DNA of 64,000 nucleotides, taken from contig NC_047081.1 in the NCBI RefSeq assembly GCF_902459465.1, positions 9,982,001-10,046,000 of the forward strand. Reading direction: 5' to 3'. A program made the translations under genes and the position numbers. This DNA comes from Asterias rubens (lineage: Eukaryota). Every line of letters starts with the position of its first letter. Within the stretch, counting starts at the first letter, position 1. The notes beneath the pieces were generated by a model. The model ran no database searches. It had not been told where the DNA came from and worked only from the letters and a program-made list of their open reading frames with translations. Below are positions 23,601 through 35,269 of the stretch, one piece after another.

Positions 23601-25507
23601 TAATGAAGCGAGGCCGTCTGTATTATTTTCTATTCGATTGACGAGTGTCGTTAAACCGCAAAGTAAACACATATCATGAATCAGATGTGAAAACTATGGA
23701 GATGTGGCGAACAAAGCTTTCAGATCTTTAGATAGTAGGATGCCCGATAGCATGTGGTTTATCAAGAAGCCGCAGGGAAATATTATTACGGGTACAGTAG
23801 AGTTCGTCAGTGGTTGGGGGTAACGAACTTTAACGAGATGTTTTTTTTTTACGTTCTATTGTATCTGCCCTTCTTACAATGAACAGCACGGATTCTTTGA
23901 AAATTGAAATGTACCATTCAGTTATACCAAAGATTGTATATGTCAGCCTATTAGCAGAAGTGCTTGATATCTTCCAGTTTCTATGGTTACAATAATTATT
24001 GCTTGAATTTTGACTTCAGTGATCATCGTTCCTTGCTTGCTGCTGCCACAGATGGATGTCAGCCTCTTCGCAGAAGTGCTTGATGTCTTCCAGTTTCTAT
24101 GGTCACAATAATTGCTTGAATTTTGACTTCAGCGATCATCGTTCCTTGCTTGCTGCTGACACAGATGGATGTCAGCCTCTTCGCAGAAGTGCTTGATGTC
24201 TTCCAGTTTCTATGGTTACAATAATTGCTTGAATTTTGACTTTAGCGATCATCGTTATACCTGCATCTTTAAGTGTATCCCGCGGCACTTAGTGTCCTGC
24301 CTTCGAGGCCACTATCAATAACTAATAACCGCCGGTAGGCCTGAGGGTGTGATGTCGGAAAAAAACAGGTGGAGGCTACAATGGTTTGGGTACTTATACG
24401 ACACAAAACACAGTGTCCACAGATTTACATTAAACTCACACGGTTTGAAGATAATGATGTTAGAAAGAATTCCCTTAACATATTACTTGCTGAGGTGTAG
24501 TATTTTTTAAGAAATGGGTAAAACAGTGTCAAGAGAATATTATTTCGTACCAGGAGACGAACATTATTTAAGCACTGACAACATTGCTCTGTGATTTTCA
24601 CTTTTTTTTCTCAAAAAAATTGACGACTAATGAAGCTGAAACTTCTACATGTAAATTATTTACATACAGTTCCTTCACTCACAGTGAGTAGGGATTCATG
24701 TTATGGCTGAAAAAAAAATGATATACAAAAGGTATGAAAACCTTTTTAAATCAAAAACGTGGCGAATTTTCTTCTTTTGCTAACAGTTGCTGGCAGTAAG
24801 CACTTTATGTAATCCACCATTACGAACCTGTAGAAGTTTGAGATCGATCGGCCATTTGGGTCACGAGAAAATAGTGAAAAGCTGTTTAAACATTTTGAAC
24901 GACATCGAATTAGCACATTTTTAATAAAAACGCTCTTTGAGCGATAAACTCCAAAGATAAAGGTTTCCTTATCTCTCATCAAGTAATATTATCAATATAA
25001 ACCACAAGGGAAACTGACTGGGTAAATTTTGAAATGATTTTTGGGGTTGAACAAAGAATTGACTAGAGTGGGATTCGAACCAACGATCTCCGGAAACGTG
25101 CCGGCGCTCTACCAACTGAGCTATCTACAATCCCGGCCAAAATGCTTGGGCCACCCTTTCCTGAAACAACAGTTCCCTGTGCACTTCCCATTCACATTCA
25201 CATTAAAAACATTTGCCCGCCCCCGGCCCCCCGCTCAATGTTGACTGAATTCGGAAGACAGTCGGCAAATGGAACCAACATTGAAAGGGGGCAGGGGGGC
25301 CCAACGATATTTGGCCGGGATTGTAGCCCTATATTGGCGGTGTCCCCAAGTAATATTATGACATTTCAGACAGGAATATTTCAAGGGACGTTTTCTACTA
25401 TAATATCATCATCATTGGACAGTCAGTGTAAGTTTTATGTAAATAACTTGTGATCTTGTATGAGGTTTTGAACACCCAGCAGGGTGGATATGTGCGCATT
25501 ACAAGTC

Positions 25508-25562
<55 letters not shown>

Positions 25563-28500
25563 GAATTCTGCAAATGTTCCTTTAGTGTTTTCTTCTTCTG
25601 TTTCAATAATGTTTTTTTTTTTAATAAACAAGGAACGATACCAGATTGGGTAGAGGGAAGTCTACTACGCAATGGTCCCGGGAAATTTGAAGTTGGCGAA
25701 GATGAATACCAGCATTGGTTCGATGGACTAGCCATGATGCTTCGGTTCAACATTCATAAAGGAAAAGTAAGCAACAATAGACCCATGGTGCAGCCATCTT
25801 GAATTTCTCCTATTTATATCAATGTAGCCAAGTCGAGGCTGGGAAAAAAGTAGTCTGGTTCCTATTTGCAAATTGATTATTATGATCCATTATTGTTATT
25901 TGGTACGAGGAACTAACCAAAATGGAGGCAGCATGATGGAGGGAACACTCTAATACCGTGCATTGACCAGCGCCCTATTTCACAAAACTGCTTAATATTA
26001 AGCACAAAAACACGAAAACTCCCTTTGCCACACCGGGCAACTCAGAAGAAGAAAATAGTTTAATACTGCATTATAATACAATTTCTTTTTAAACTTTAAT
26101 CGTTATACTCTACTATTCAGGTGACATTCCAGAGCCGATTTCTTCGCAGTGACTCATACATCAAGGCCATGGAGCAGAACCGGATCGTCATGTCCGAGTT
26201 CGGCACCGTGGCACACCCGGACCCATGCCAGAGCTATCTCGGTCGGTTCCTCTCCGTCTTCGTACCCAGGACCTTCACCGATAACTGCAACATCAGCTGG
26301 ATGCAATACGGGGATGAGTTCTATACCGTGACGGATGGGACTCTCATGAGGAAGGTGGACCACAAGACGCTCGAGACAATGGATAAGGTACAATGAAATA
26401 GAACAACCTGTTTGTTTCCAAGTATTTTATAAACTATCATACTTTGGTAAATTTGAACAAAATACATATTAAAACAGTCTTTCATTGTATTGTTAAAGTG
26501 ACTTTTAACATCAGGTCTTTACCTTTGTTTTCATGTATCAGTGTGACTTCAATTGGTTTTACACTGAAAGAAACTGACCGCGTTAACTCTAAACCAAAAC
26601 CGTTACTGCTCCAACATTTCTGAGGTTGTTGAAACAGTGTTGAATAAGTGTTATCACCATTGCGGGCGTAAAAGCAATATCCCTTTATTGTTCAGGTTGA
26701 CATTGCGGACCGGATCGTAATACATTCCTCCACATCGCATCCACACACTGCTCCAGACGGGACGGTGTACAGTCTAGGCTCGCGGTTCTCTCTTCAGTGT
26801 ACTTACAACATCGTGAAGATACCTCCCCATGATCCAGGTATGTCAGATCAATTTAAAGACAACATTTTTTCAGTCTAAGTTATGTTAACAACCATCCATC
26901 TAAACAGACAAGCTTTTATAAGCCTGAAATATAACCCCCCAAATAAAGCCATAAATAAAATATGCACAGTTCATACTTGCAAATGTGATACGAATTTTGA
27001 CGTCACAAATTAATTCGCAACTAATTTTGCGTCAGTTGGCCTGTGCTCAACTCCTGCGAAACATTTGCTGTGAAAACAGTGCTGTGACGTCAACGTTGTA
27101 TTGTGTTGGCAGGAAGTATCCGGGAATATTAACTTGATTTATTTCGCTGTTTTAGTTAAACGTTCACGATTCTTGTTTTTCTATACTCAGAGATACAGTG
27201 TGATCCTTTGTGTAATGCATCCATCCTGTGTGCGATCCCTACGTCTGGAATCTACCCTTCGTTCTACCACAGCTTCGCCATCACCGAAAACTACGTCATC
27301 TTTGTCGAGCAGTCGGCGGTTATCAACCTACTTAAAGTTCTCTATGCCCAGATATTCTCCAAAAGTATGTTTAAGAATTGCTTGCGTGTCTGGGTGATTT
27401 CTGGAGTCTCTGTCCCCCTCCCCTCTCTCCCCTTATTTATGTATTTCCACTTTTGAACGACCATGCCTCGCGCGAGCGCAAGGTGTTTTTTTTTTTTGTC
27501 AAGACAACCCCTGCTGTGAATATTTAGCAGCGAAGTTAGCAGTGAAGTTAGCTACTCGTCGTGTGAACATGCCCCATGTTCGTTGTGTTGTCATTTTAGC
27601 CCTAATAACAACAATAATAAGACTTGTAATAGATGTTAAATAAGACTTGTGTTGTGCACGTGTCCACCCTGCTGGGTGTTGAAGGCGCAGAACTTCCTTC
27701 GAGAATGACTCTGCTAGGGTCGAAACGTCCGGCCATTAATTATCTTTGTGCATTTATACCACGTCCTTTAATTGTCAGTTATTTGCGTCAGCTTCTATTT
27801 TCTCGTTTTCATTTATTAATAGGTTACATGATGGGGTTGGAATTTCGAAAGGAACAACCCGCGAGATTCCACGTGGTGAGACGAGAAACGGGGGAGCGGC
27901 TACTGGACATCTACACATCGGACGCATTCTTGAGTTTTCACCACATCAATGCGTACGAAGAGGCGGGGCATCTTGTGATTGACATGTGCGTGTACGAGGA
28001 CGGCACCATCGTCAGTTCCATCAATTTGAAAGACCTGAAAAAGGGCGTGGTGCCAGAGCGATTTGGGGAGGCAAGACGGTTTCTGTTCCCAGTGGACGAG
28101 GAGGTATTCGTATACGTTCTCTTTAATTGACACTGCTCTAGAATCGCAAAAGTCGTGGGTTCGAATCTCACCCGAGTAATTTGACTGTGATTTTTGTATG
28201 AGCTCGGGAAAGAACCGAGTATACAAAGGTCGTGGGTTCGAATCCCACCGGAGTAATTTGACAGACTCTGGACATGTCTTACAACATAAATTTAAACCAA
28301 CTATCTGATGTCCATTTCGTTGAACTTTGTTCATTACGGTGTGAAAGTAATTTTCCACTCATTAATGATTGAGCAGGTATACGCTCCTAATGATGTGGCA
28401 TAACCACAAACAAAAGGGGGATTTAAAGGAGGTTCACGATTTTAGGTGTTTGTAAACACACTAGTGTGCGTAATTTAAAAAGGGAACTTTGGCCCCCAAA

Positions 28501-31042
28501 AAACAAAACATGTTTAGCGTCCTGTTTTATTAAAAAAAAAAAAAAATTAATGGCCGGCCGAACCATTTTTAAAGACAATCGTCTGAAATCGTAAAAATGT
28601 CTGTTTGCCTTTTTTTTTGTTTAAAAAGGAAAAATGAGGAGACATGGGGCATCCTCTTAAAAGTATGCGGTTTGGGACGCAACATGTTCTTTGTTGTTTT
28701 CCTGTTTTAAACGTAGTTGTACACATTGTGTTTGTGCGTAGCAAGTTAAGCATTACCGGGAAGGAATGAACTCGTCGGACTTTCTTCCGCACTTCACCGG
28801 CCGTACAGTGCTGAAAAACGACGGTACAATCCATTGCACTCCTGCGGTCATATCAGACAGAAGTAAGTAAATGCTATTTTGGCATGGTTTCAGTTATTTG
28901 CATTTTTGTACACTAGAAACAAAATACATTAATAGGAACTTTTTTACCGATCTATTTTTTAATACCTTTTTTTTTTAACCATTCGTAAGTTTCAATCCTA
29001 TATTTAAAATTTAGAAACGTACAATAAAACATAGCACAGCATGGCCGGGTTTTTGATGTATCGAAGGGAATAGTTATGTTGTCATAATAGGATGAATCGT
29101 AATACTATATGAATACAAAGCCTGAGAGGCGTTACCGCGGTAACGCTCCGTATAATCAAATTTATGGGGATAAAAAGTGTTACCCTTTTCCATAACCGCA
29201 GTACTTCGAAGTAAAAATGTTTCTCAAATTGCATATTACTATCCGAAACTGATGTAAGTTCTTACCGCGTAAGTCTTTATTGCCATTAATTTTTTTTGAG
29301 CAATTACCACGGTATATACAGACCCTTTAAATATTTGAAAGAAACCTAAACATGAAATAGTCTAACAGACCTTTATCATGGTGCAGCCATCTTGAATTTC
29401 CCCCATTGTTATCAATGTTTCCAAAACCGAGGCTGGAAGAACAAAATAGTGTGGTTCCTATCTGCAAAATGATTATTAGCATCCATTACTGTTATTTGAT
29501 ACGGGGAACATGACCAAGATGGAGGCAGCATGATAAAGGATTATTCTATTGGTTATACTTTTGCAAAGATGCCGAGTTTCCACGCATCAACTATGATAAA
29601 TACAACGGGAAGCCCTACCGTTACTTCTACTGCAACGGCGGGGAATTGAACCAAATGGTAAGTATATACAAAGAGATGCTGTCTGTTGCCGTTGATGAAA
29701 AAACTGCTGTTAATGGCAGTGGACACAATTGGTAATTACTCCAAATAATTGTTTGCATTAAAACTTACTTGGTAGAGAAATTGAGAGCTGTTGAAATTAT
29801 AAAACATTGTGGGGAACGGCTCCCTCTAAAGTAACGTAGTTTTTGAGAAAGAGGTAATTTCTCACTAAACTTTTGGAATTGAATAAGAGACCTTAGCTGA
29901 GGTCTCAAATTCAAGCATCTCATGAAATCACACAACTTGTGCGACTTGGGTATTTTTCTTCATTATTCTCTCGCAAATTCAACAACCATCACAGGTTTGT
30001 TATTTTATGCATATGTTGAGATACACCAAGAAAGAAACTGGTCTTTGCTTTGATAAGAGCCAAAGGTGTCATTATAGTGCCTTTAACTCAAGCCATGGCA
30101 TGTTTAAAAATTTCTCAGTCTTAAGCTACTCTTACTACTACTACTAAAAAATAATTAATATCTCCACAAATTTGTGTTTATCTTAAGATCCAAAAAGTCG
30201 ACACAAAAACCGTTACATCTAAAGGATGGTTTGAGAAAGGATGTTTTCCCTCCGAGCCTATGTTTGTCAGCGCCCCTGATTCTACCGACGAAGATGATGG
30301 TAATTATCTTTACAATTCCATAGCTGCTTAAGAAAAAAAAGTATTGCTTAAATTGTTTTTATTCCGCTGAGGCAAAATTCCTATTGAAATGCACTGTATA
30401 CAGTGGCTGTTTTGGCGTACAGAAAACAATTTGCGTCCAGAACACTACTACATTCTTGAACATGCACAAACTCAGGTGGAGAAAGAGCCTTTTACAGGGT
30501 GTCACCACATCTATGGATGCAGTCTTTTGAACTCCATTGTTTTTTTTTTTTTGAAATCACGACTTTAAAAACTTACATCTTTAATGCTGAATATAACTAG
30601 ACTTTATGAATCGTTTGTGGAGATTGTTCCATGCATTTCTTGCTGTGAATTATACCTTCTTTACTTTTTAAAAGGTTGTTGCCTGGTTTGGTTTGTGTAC
30701 AAAAATTCTTATCCTTTTAGCATTTGTTTTGCTTCTAATAACATTTTGTGTTGTTGCCTTGTTATGTACAGCGCCTTTTTAGAGCAATTTACTGGATGGC
30801 GCTTTATAAATGCTGTTTTATAAATATTACTTTGATTATTAGTATTACTATAAACATCTCAATCTTTCTTTGTTTCATCCAACACCCCTTCAGGAGTCGT
30901 CTTGTCTTCTGTTGTAAGTGTCCGGGAGGACAGACCCTCGTTCCTTCTCGTTCTTGACGCGAGAGATTTCACCGAGATAGCCAGGGCCGAAGTTGATGCC
31001 GAAGTTGCTTACGGGCTGCACGGGTTATTCGTTCGCGAATAA
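20681..31042 (+). CDS. Carotenoid cleavage oxygenase (BCO1/BCO2/RPE65 family), 10 exons, 534 aa
   Basis: Exons 20681-20816, 25633-25766, 26121-26387, 26696-26837, 27191-27364, 27823-28103, 28742-28862, 29569-29657, 30188-30299, 30894-31042, all GT-AG and phase-consistent (1605 nt). Motifs: [86 protein letters not shown] (four Fe-ligand His). Confidence 0.93.
20903..21299. mobile_element. Kolobok-type MITE
   Basis: ttaaaggcagtggacac...gtgtccactgtctttaa. Confidence 0.88.
21788..22168. mobile_element. Kolobok-type MITE
   Basis: ttaaaggcagtggacac...gtgtccactgcctttaa. Confidence 0.88.
23021..23127. repeat. 107-bp palindrome (48-bp arms, 11-nt loop) bounded by MITE termini
   Basis: agtgtccagtgcctttaaccgactgatcgggcaaacgcggcttaatta / taattaagccgcgtttgccagatcagtcagttaaaggcactggacact, 2 mismatches. 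Confidence 0.9.
23110..23483. mobile_element. Kolobok-type MITE
   Basis: ttaaaggcactggacac...gtgtccagtgcctttaa. Confidence 0.8.
23940..24256. repeat. Tandem repeat, 113-116-bp unit, about 2.8 copies
   Basis: Units start atgtcagcct at 23940, 24056 and 24169. Confidence 0.9.
24985..25340 (-). mobile_element. tRNA-derived SINE with a nested 196-bp TA-flanked MITE (25128-25323)
   Basis: Minus-strand head TAGATAGCTCAGTTGGTAGAGCGCCGGC...GGTTCGAATCCC; insert TA-caatcccggccaaa...tttggccgggattg-TA splits the gagctatcta/gccctat seen intact at 39550. Confidence 0.85.
25508..25560. repeat. (TTA)n microsatellite, probable retroposon tail
   Basis: About 17 TTA units after aacacccagcagggtggatatgtgcgcattacaagtc; an inverted homologue of that tail lies at about 27603-27685. 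Confidence 0.9.
25778..25940. mobile_element. Short TIR element in BCO intron 2
   Basis: catggtgcagccatctt...aaatggaggcagcatg; second copy at about 29367-29540. Confidence 0.7.
29367..29540. mobile_element. Short TIR element in BCO intron 7
   Basis: cctttatcatggtgcagccatctt...aagatggaggcagcatgataaagg. Confidence 0.75.
29710..30086. mobile_element. Degenerate Kolobok-type MITE
   Basis: ttaatggcagtggacacaattgg...gtgcctttaa. Confidence 0.75.
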
Positions 31043-32026
31043 TAAAGCAGAAGCTCTTCAAAGGATATCCTGAGGATTATCTGACGTCACACTTCGAGGC
31101 TCGTGAATGGCACCAGAGATCTGCCTTGAGCTTGTACGTAAATCCCCCTCCATAATCACCTTTGACCTTCCATTCATTTCACATGGAGACTCGCAGTCGA
31201 GTCATACGTACATATAAATGCACACTGCTACATGCGGACGACCGAACGTTCAGCTGCTGCCAAACGGACGAATCAAAGCCACAGGTATTCGTCACTGCAC
31301 ATTTTACCCAATGCAATCATTGTATCAAATGAAACCACTAGTTATGTTAGACCGTGATACGTGTTTTTTTAAAGACAGGGGACCAGACTACTCGAAGGAT
31401 TGTTCTGCATCTGCTGAAACAAACACTTCTACAGTTGCTTGGTGTGAGTAGTGCAAGCAGAACTATAATGGGCAAGAAGTTATTCATTTCTTTGATGTTT
31501 TTTGTTTTTGTTTTGTAGTTTCTAGTTCCATTCGGTTTCTGTTCTAAGATAAAATGAGAACTTGTAGCAGTAATATAGGTCGAAACCTTTCGACACATTC
31601 ATTAAGTAAACCATTGGTAGAATATACTAAGCTGTTGCAAACTCCTATTACCAACCGTTCGAACAGAAAGAGCTGAAATAGATCGGGTGGAACCATGAGT
31701 TAACCCGACTTTTTAGTAGTACTGCGAGTTCATTTGAAAATTGCTTAGGTCTAATAGATAACGAGTGAAAAATTTATAGAAGCGCAAAAACTGAATTTGA
31801 TAACCTTTTTATAAAACAGAGTACCAGAGTTTACAAAACCCTAAAAGTCCGCTTATTATACAAATTATAGCTGAATATACTAAAGTAGATAGCATTATTA
31901 CATATAATACTAATTTACTGTCAAGATTGCAGCGTTGGCTATAAGCATTTCCTTTGATTTCCACGGAATGTCTAAAGTAAAACTGTACAATAGACAGATA
32001 AGCAACATTTGTAAGAATCCCTGGGT

Positions 32027-32197
32027 TAAGACCCGGTCACACAGGCATCGGTAACGAGAATGAAAACGAGAACGTTAAAAATGCACACCCGCCATTGGTT
32101 GAATAAGCAGGGGCGTATTCTGCGTGGAGCAACTCAACCAATAGAATGCGATCTCTTTGCGTTGTTATCGTTATCGCTGCAGTGTGACTCGGCCTTC
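32027..32197. mobile_element. Small palindromic MITE
   Basis: agacccggtcacac...gtgtgactcggcct termini with internal ataacg/cgttat-type repeats. Confidence 0.6.
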
Positions 32198-32282
32198 AGA
32201 CTCTCGTTTATTTATTAGTTACTTTTGTAAGCTGTTAATTTCCTTGTCATTCACGATATTGTACCATGACGTCATCGAAACT

Positions 32283-32781
32283 TCAAAAACGACGCATAAC
32301 CTTGACCGAGTGCCCATCAGCCACGACGAGGTCACCGGTAGGGGTAAAGGTCATGCCTAGAGGTGCGTACAAGCCACGAGCTACACAGCCGATGTGCTCA
32401 CCTGATGCATCGTAATGATGTATCTCACGGGTAACATAGTTATCGTAATAAACAGACACGTAGATGTCTCCAGCATCGTCGCAGCACACCCCATAAGGTT
32501 TGACAGGTTTGCCGTCAATGGAGGCGCTGATATTAAACACCTCGTTTCCCATGAAATCCAGACAAACAAGTTTCATCTTCTCGTATTTTCTGAACATCAG
32601 ACGCTCCTTGCTGCTTATACATGTAGATAGATAGCTGTTGCTACTAATATCGTCGTGATGTATTGTGGACATAATGGATCCATCCATATTATGGAGGGAT
32701 ATTGCTCGTCTCTCACAGTCAGCCACTGCAATTCGATCTTTGTGGTCCACAGCAATACCACGAAGTAGACTCTCTGACTTC
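32283..32781 (-). pseudogene. TRIM-NHL copy 0: 5'-deleted relic retaining only C-terminal NHL repeats
   Basis: ESLLRGIAVDHKDRIAVAD...KVMRRF* is homologous to the C-terminus of 36453-38396; homology stops at 32781 and joins sequence matching the spacer at about 40505. Confidence 0.88.
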
Positions 32782-33539
32782 AGTGCACACTGAATGATAA
32801 CTCCCCCACTTCAATGACATTTTATCGTTCTGATGTGTTAGTGGAAATTGATGTTTAGTCTGATATATTGACCCCAAAGATTGAAAACCTCTAAAACTAA
32901 CAAAGACAATGAACATATTGTAAACAAACAAAGAGCTCAGGGAAAACGATGGAAGTGGTAAACAAAAATTATATTTTGTAATAAACCGCATTTGACATTA
33001 CGTTTTTAATTGTTTTGTGCACGCGGTATACATGGAACACCGTACCTTCCGACTTCAGTTTTCGTACCCCACCTACGTCATAACACCATGAACTGTGTGC
33101 ATTGAACATGACCTTCCACAATCGTGTCTGCCGTATCAACATTGTATGCAAATAACTGACATAGTGTAAACCATTTGACTTTTATGATACTACAAGCACA
33201 ATCCAGTTTGCTGCTTTTCACGGTACATCATGTTCTCGGGGAACCTATTCTCAAAATGGCGTTCATGCATGCCATTGAGATATGAATAGTTTTTCGTTGA
33301 GTACATTTGGGTACTGATTTCTGTTTGGCAAGTTATACCATGGAGGTAGAATTACATGGCTATCTGTGGAAGGAAGGTTTTGAAAACAGACGATACGTTT
33401 TGCTATATGGTTTCCACATGCTTCAAAAAAGGACCAGTTACCCATAAAAACAACTGCGAGTAAGAATGTCTAACAAGAATAATTATTACAGGCAATTATG
33501 ACTCCCCATATGCTGATATGGCGAGCGTGTAAGACAGTG

Positions 33540-33600
33540 GCTGCGTGTGACGTCATCAGTGGAAGGGGTCAAAGGGCGGAAGTTCCTTCCGCCGCAAAGA
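33540..33600. promoter_or_regulatory. Candidate regulatory module (CRE TGACGTCA 33548-33555, GGGCGGAAGT GC-box/ETS)
   Basis: Motif cluster also at about 41830-41880 (CRE mutated to TGACTTCA) and about 57940-57990; function not shown. Confidence 0.3.
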
Positions 33601-34081
33601 GACGCCTTTTGAAAATGAACTCGCTAAAAAGAATATTGGTGCAGGATTTCTTTTGAATTTTAATAAAAGACAGGAGAGCGGGTGGGGTACTGTGTGTTGT
33701 TTTTAGTTTGTGAGAAAAGGCTGCTCCGAGGGGAGTGGGGGGGGGGGTGTTTCGTGACACTGGTGGAAGGTAATACGGACTGATAGTGTTAAACCAATGA
33801 TGTTTTTTGCTGTTTATTTGTTTGTTCGTCCGTTATCCCTTTTTATAGGGGGAGGGGGTAGTTCTGACCTATTGGGTTTAGAGGTCACGTTTATAGTAAA
33901 CCAATTAATCCTTTTGAGGAAGTTTTGGGATAAAGAGAAGTGTACGTTGGTGATGCGTGTCTTTGGTTTCCCTACAAATGGTTTTATTATTGTTGATGCT
34001 TCATTGAATCGAACCTTCTTGGTATTTTACCACCAACATGGCGACATCCCGTCTTCTATTTATAACCTTTGTCATAATATA

Positions 34082-34552
34082 ACGACAGCAAAAAAAGTAA
34101 CGCGGCTGTTGTAAAAGCACATATAATTTTAAACTTGTTACCCCTATTCAAAAAATGAAAATACACCGAAACGGACAATTTTATTACGGTGATTTTGACA
34201 CCTTGTTTGTTACAATCGGTCGAGTATTGTTGTCGCGGTATGTGCCCAGTTCCATTGTTGCAGTAACTCATACTGACATGATTACTCTCTCCTCTGATTC
34301 AGCGTGAATCTAATAGCAGAAATTTTGAAAAGCTGTTCTTGTCAATAGCAGTTACTGCAACAATAGAAATGGGCATTTTTCACCTGTAAGCACTTACCGC
34401 GACAACAATACTCGACCGATTATAACAACCGAGGTGTCAAAATCACCGTAATTAAATTTTCCGTATCCTGGTATTATCAATTTTAGAATACGAGTAACAA
34501 GTGTAAAATTATAGGTGCTTTTACAACAGCTGGGTTACTTTTTTTGCTGTCT
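34082..34552. mobile_element. About 470-bp foldback element with about 190-bp imperfect arms
   Basis: gacagcaaaaaaagtaacgcggctgttgtaaaagcac...gtgcttttacaacagctgggttacttttttgctgtc; copies at about 42378-42842 and 58484-58953, remnant at about 49625-49775. Confidence 0.75.
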
Positions 34553-34887
34553 TTAGTAAAGATATACGCAACGAACTCGTACATATTAATTTTGATTTTA
34601 ACACATACATGGTTCAGTGCACTATGTGTAGGGGGGGGGGACATGTCGATTACATTGGCCCTGGTATGAACACCAAGAAAAACCTTTAAGAATTGAAGAA
34701 TAAACTTCTTGCCGCGGAGAGTTAATTTGATGGTTTATTCTTAAAAACTTAAGTTCAACTTGAATAAAGCTTTAGGGAATCAAATTACAGTTGAATCTTA
34801 TAAAGTTCTTCAGTTTACTAGAACTACATATTAAAATGATTTAACGGTAGAATAGCAGGAAAATACATTGTCTACCAACTACCAAAC

Positions 34888-35269
34888 ACAGGCAGTGGAC
34901 ACTATTGGTAATTACTCAAAATAATTATTATCATAAAAGCTTTCTTGATTACGAGTAATGGGGAGAGGTATTGTATAAAACATTGTGAGAAACGGCTCCC
35001 TCTAAAGTGACGTAGTTTTATAGAAAAAAATAATATTCCACGAACTTGATTTCGAGACCTCAGATTTAGAGTTTGAGGTCTCGAAATCAAGCATCTGAAA
35101 GCACACAACTTCGTGTGACAAGGGTGTTTTTTTTGTCATTACTATCTTGCAAATTCGACGACCAATTGAGCTCAAATTTTCACATGTTTGTTATTTTATG
35201 CGTATGTTGAGATACACCAAGTGAGAAGACTGGTCTTTAACAATTACCAATAGTGTCCAGTGCTTTTAA
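34888..35269. mobile_element. Kolobok-type MITE, shared with 59293-59674 and absent from the other two spacers
   Basis: ggcagtggacactattgg...gtgtccagtgcttttaa with the same flanks as the 59.3-kb copy. Confidence 0.85.

Noticed and set aside
25398-25653. Poly-Ile ORFs on both strands
   Set aside because: Translation of the (TTA)n microsatellite.
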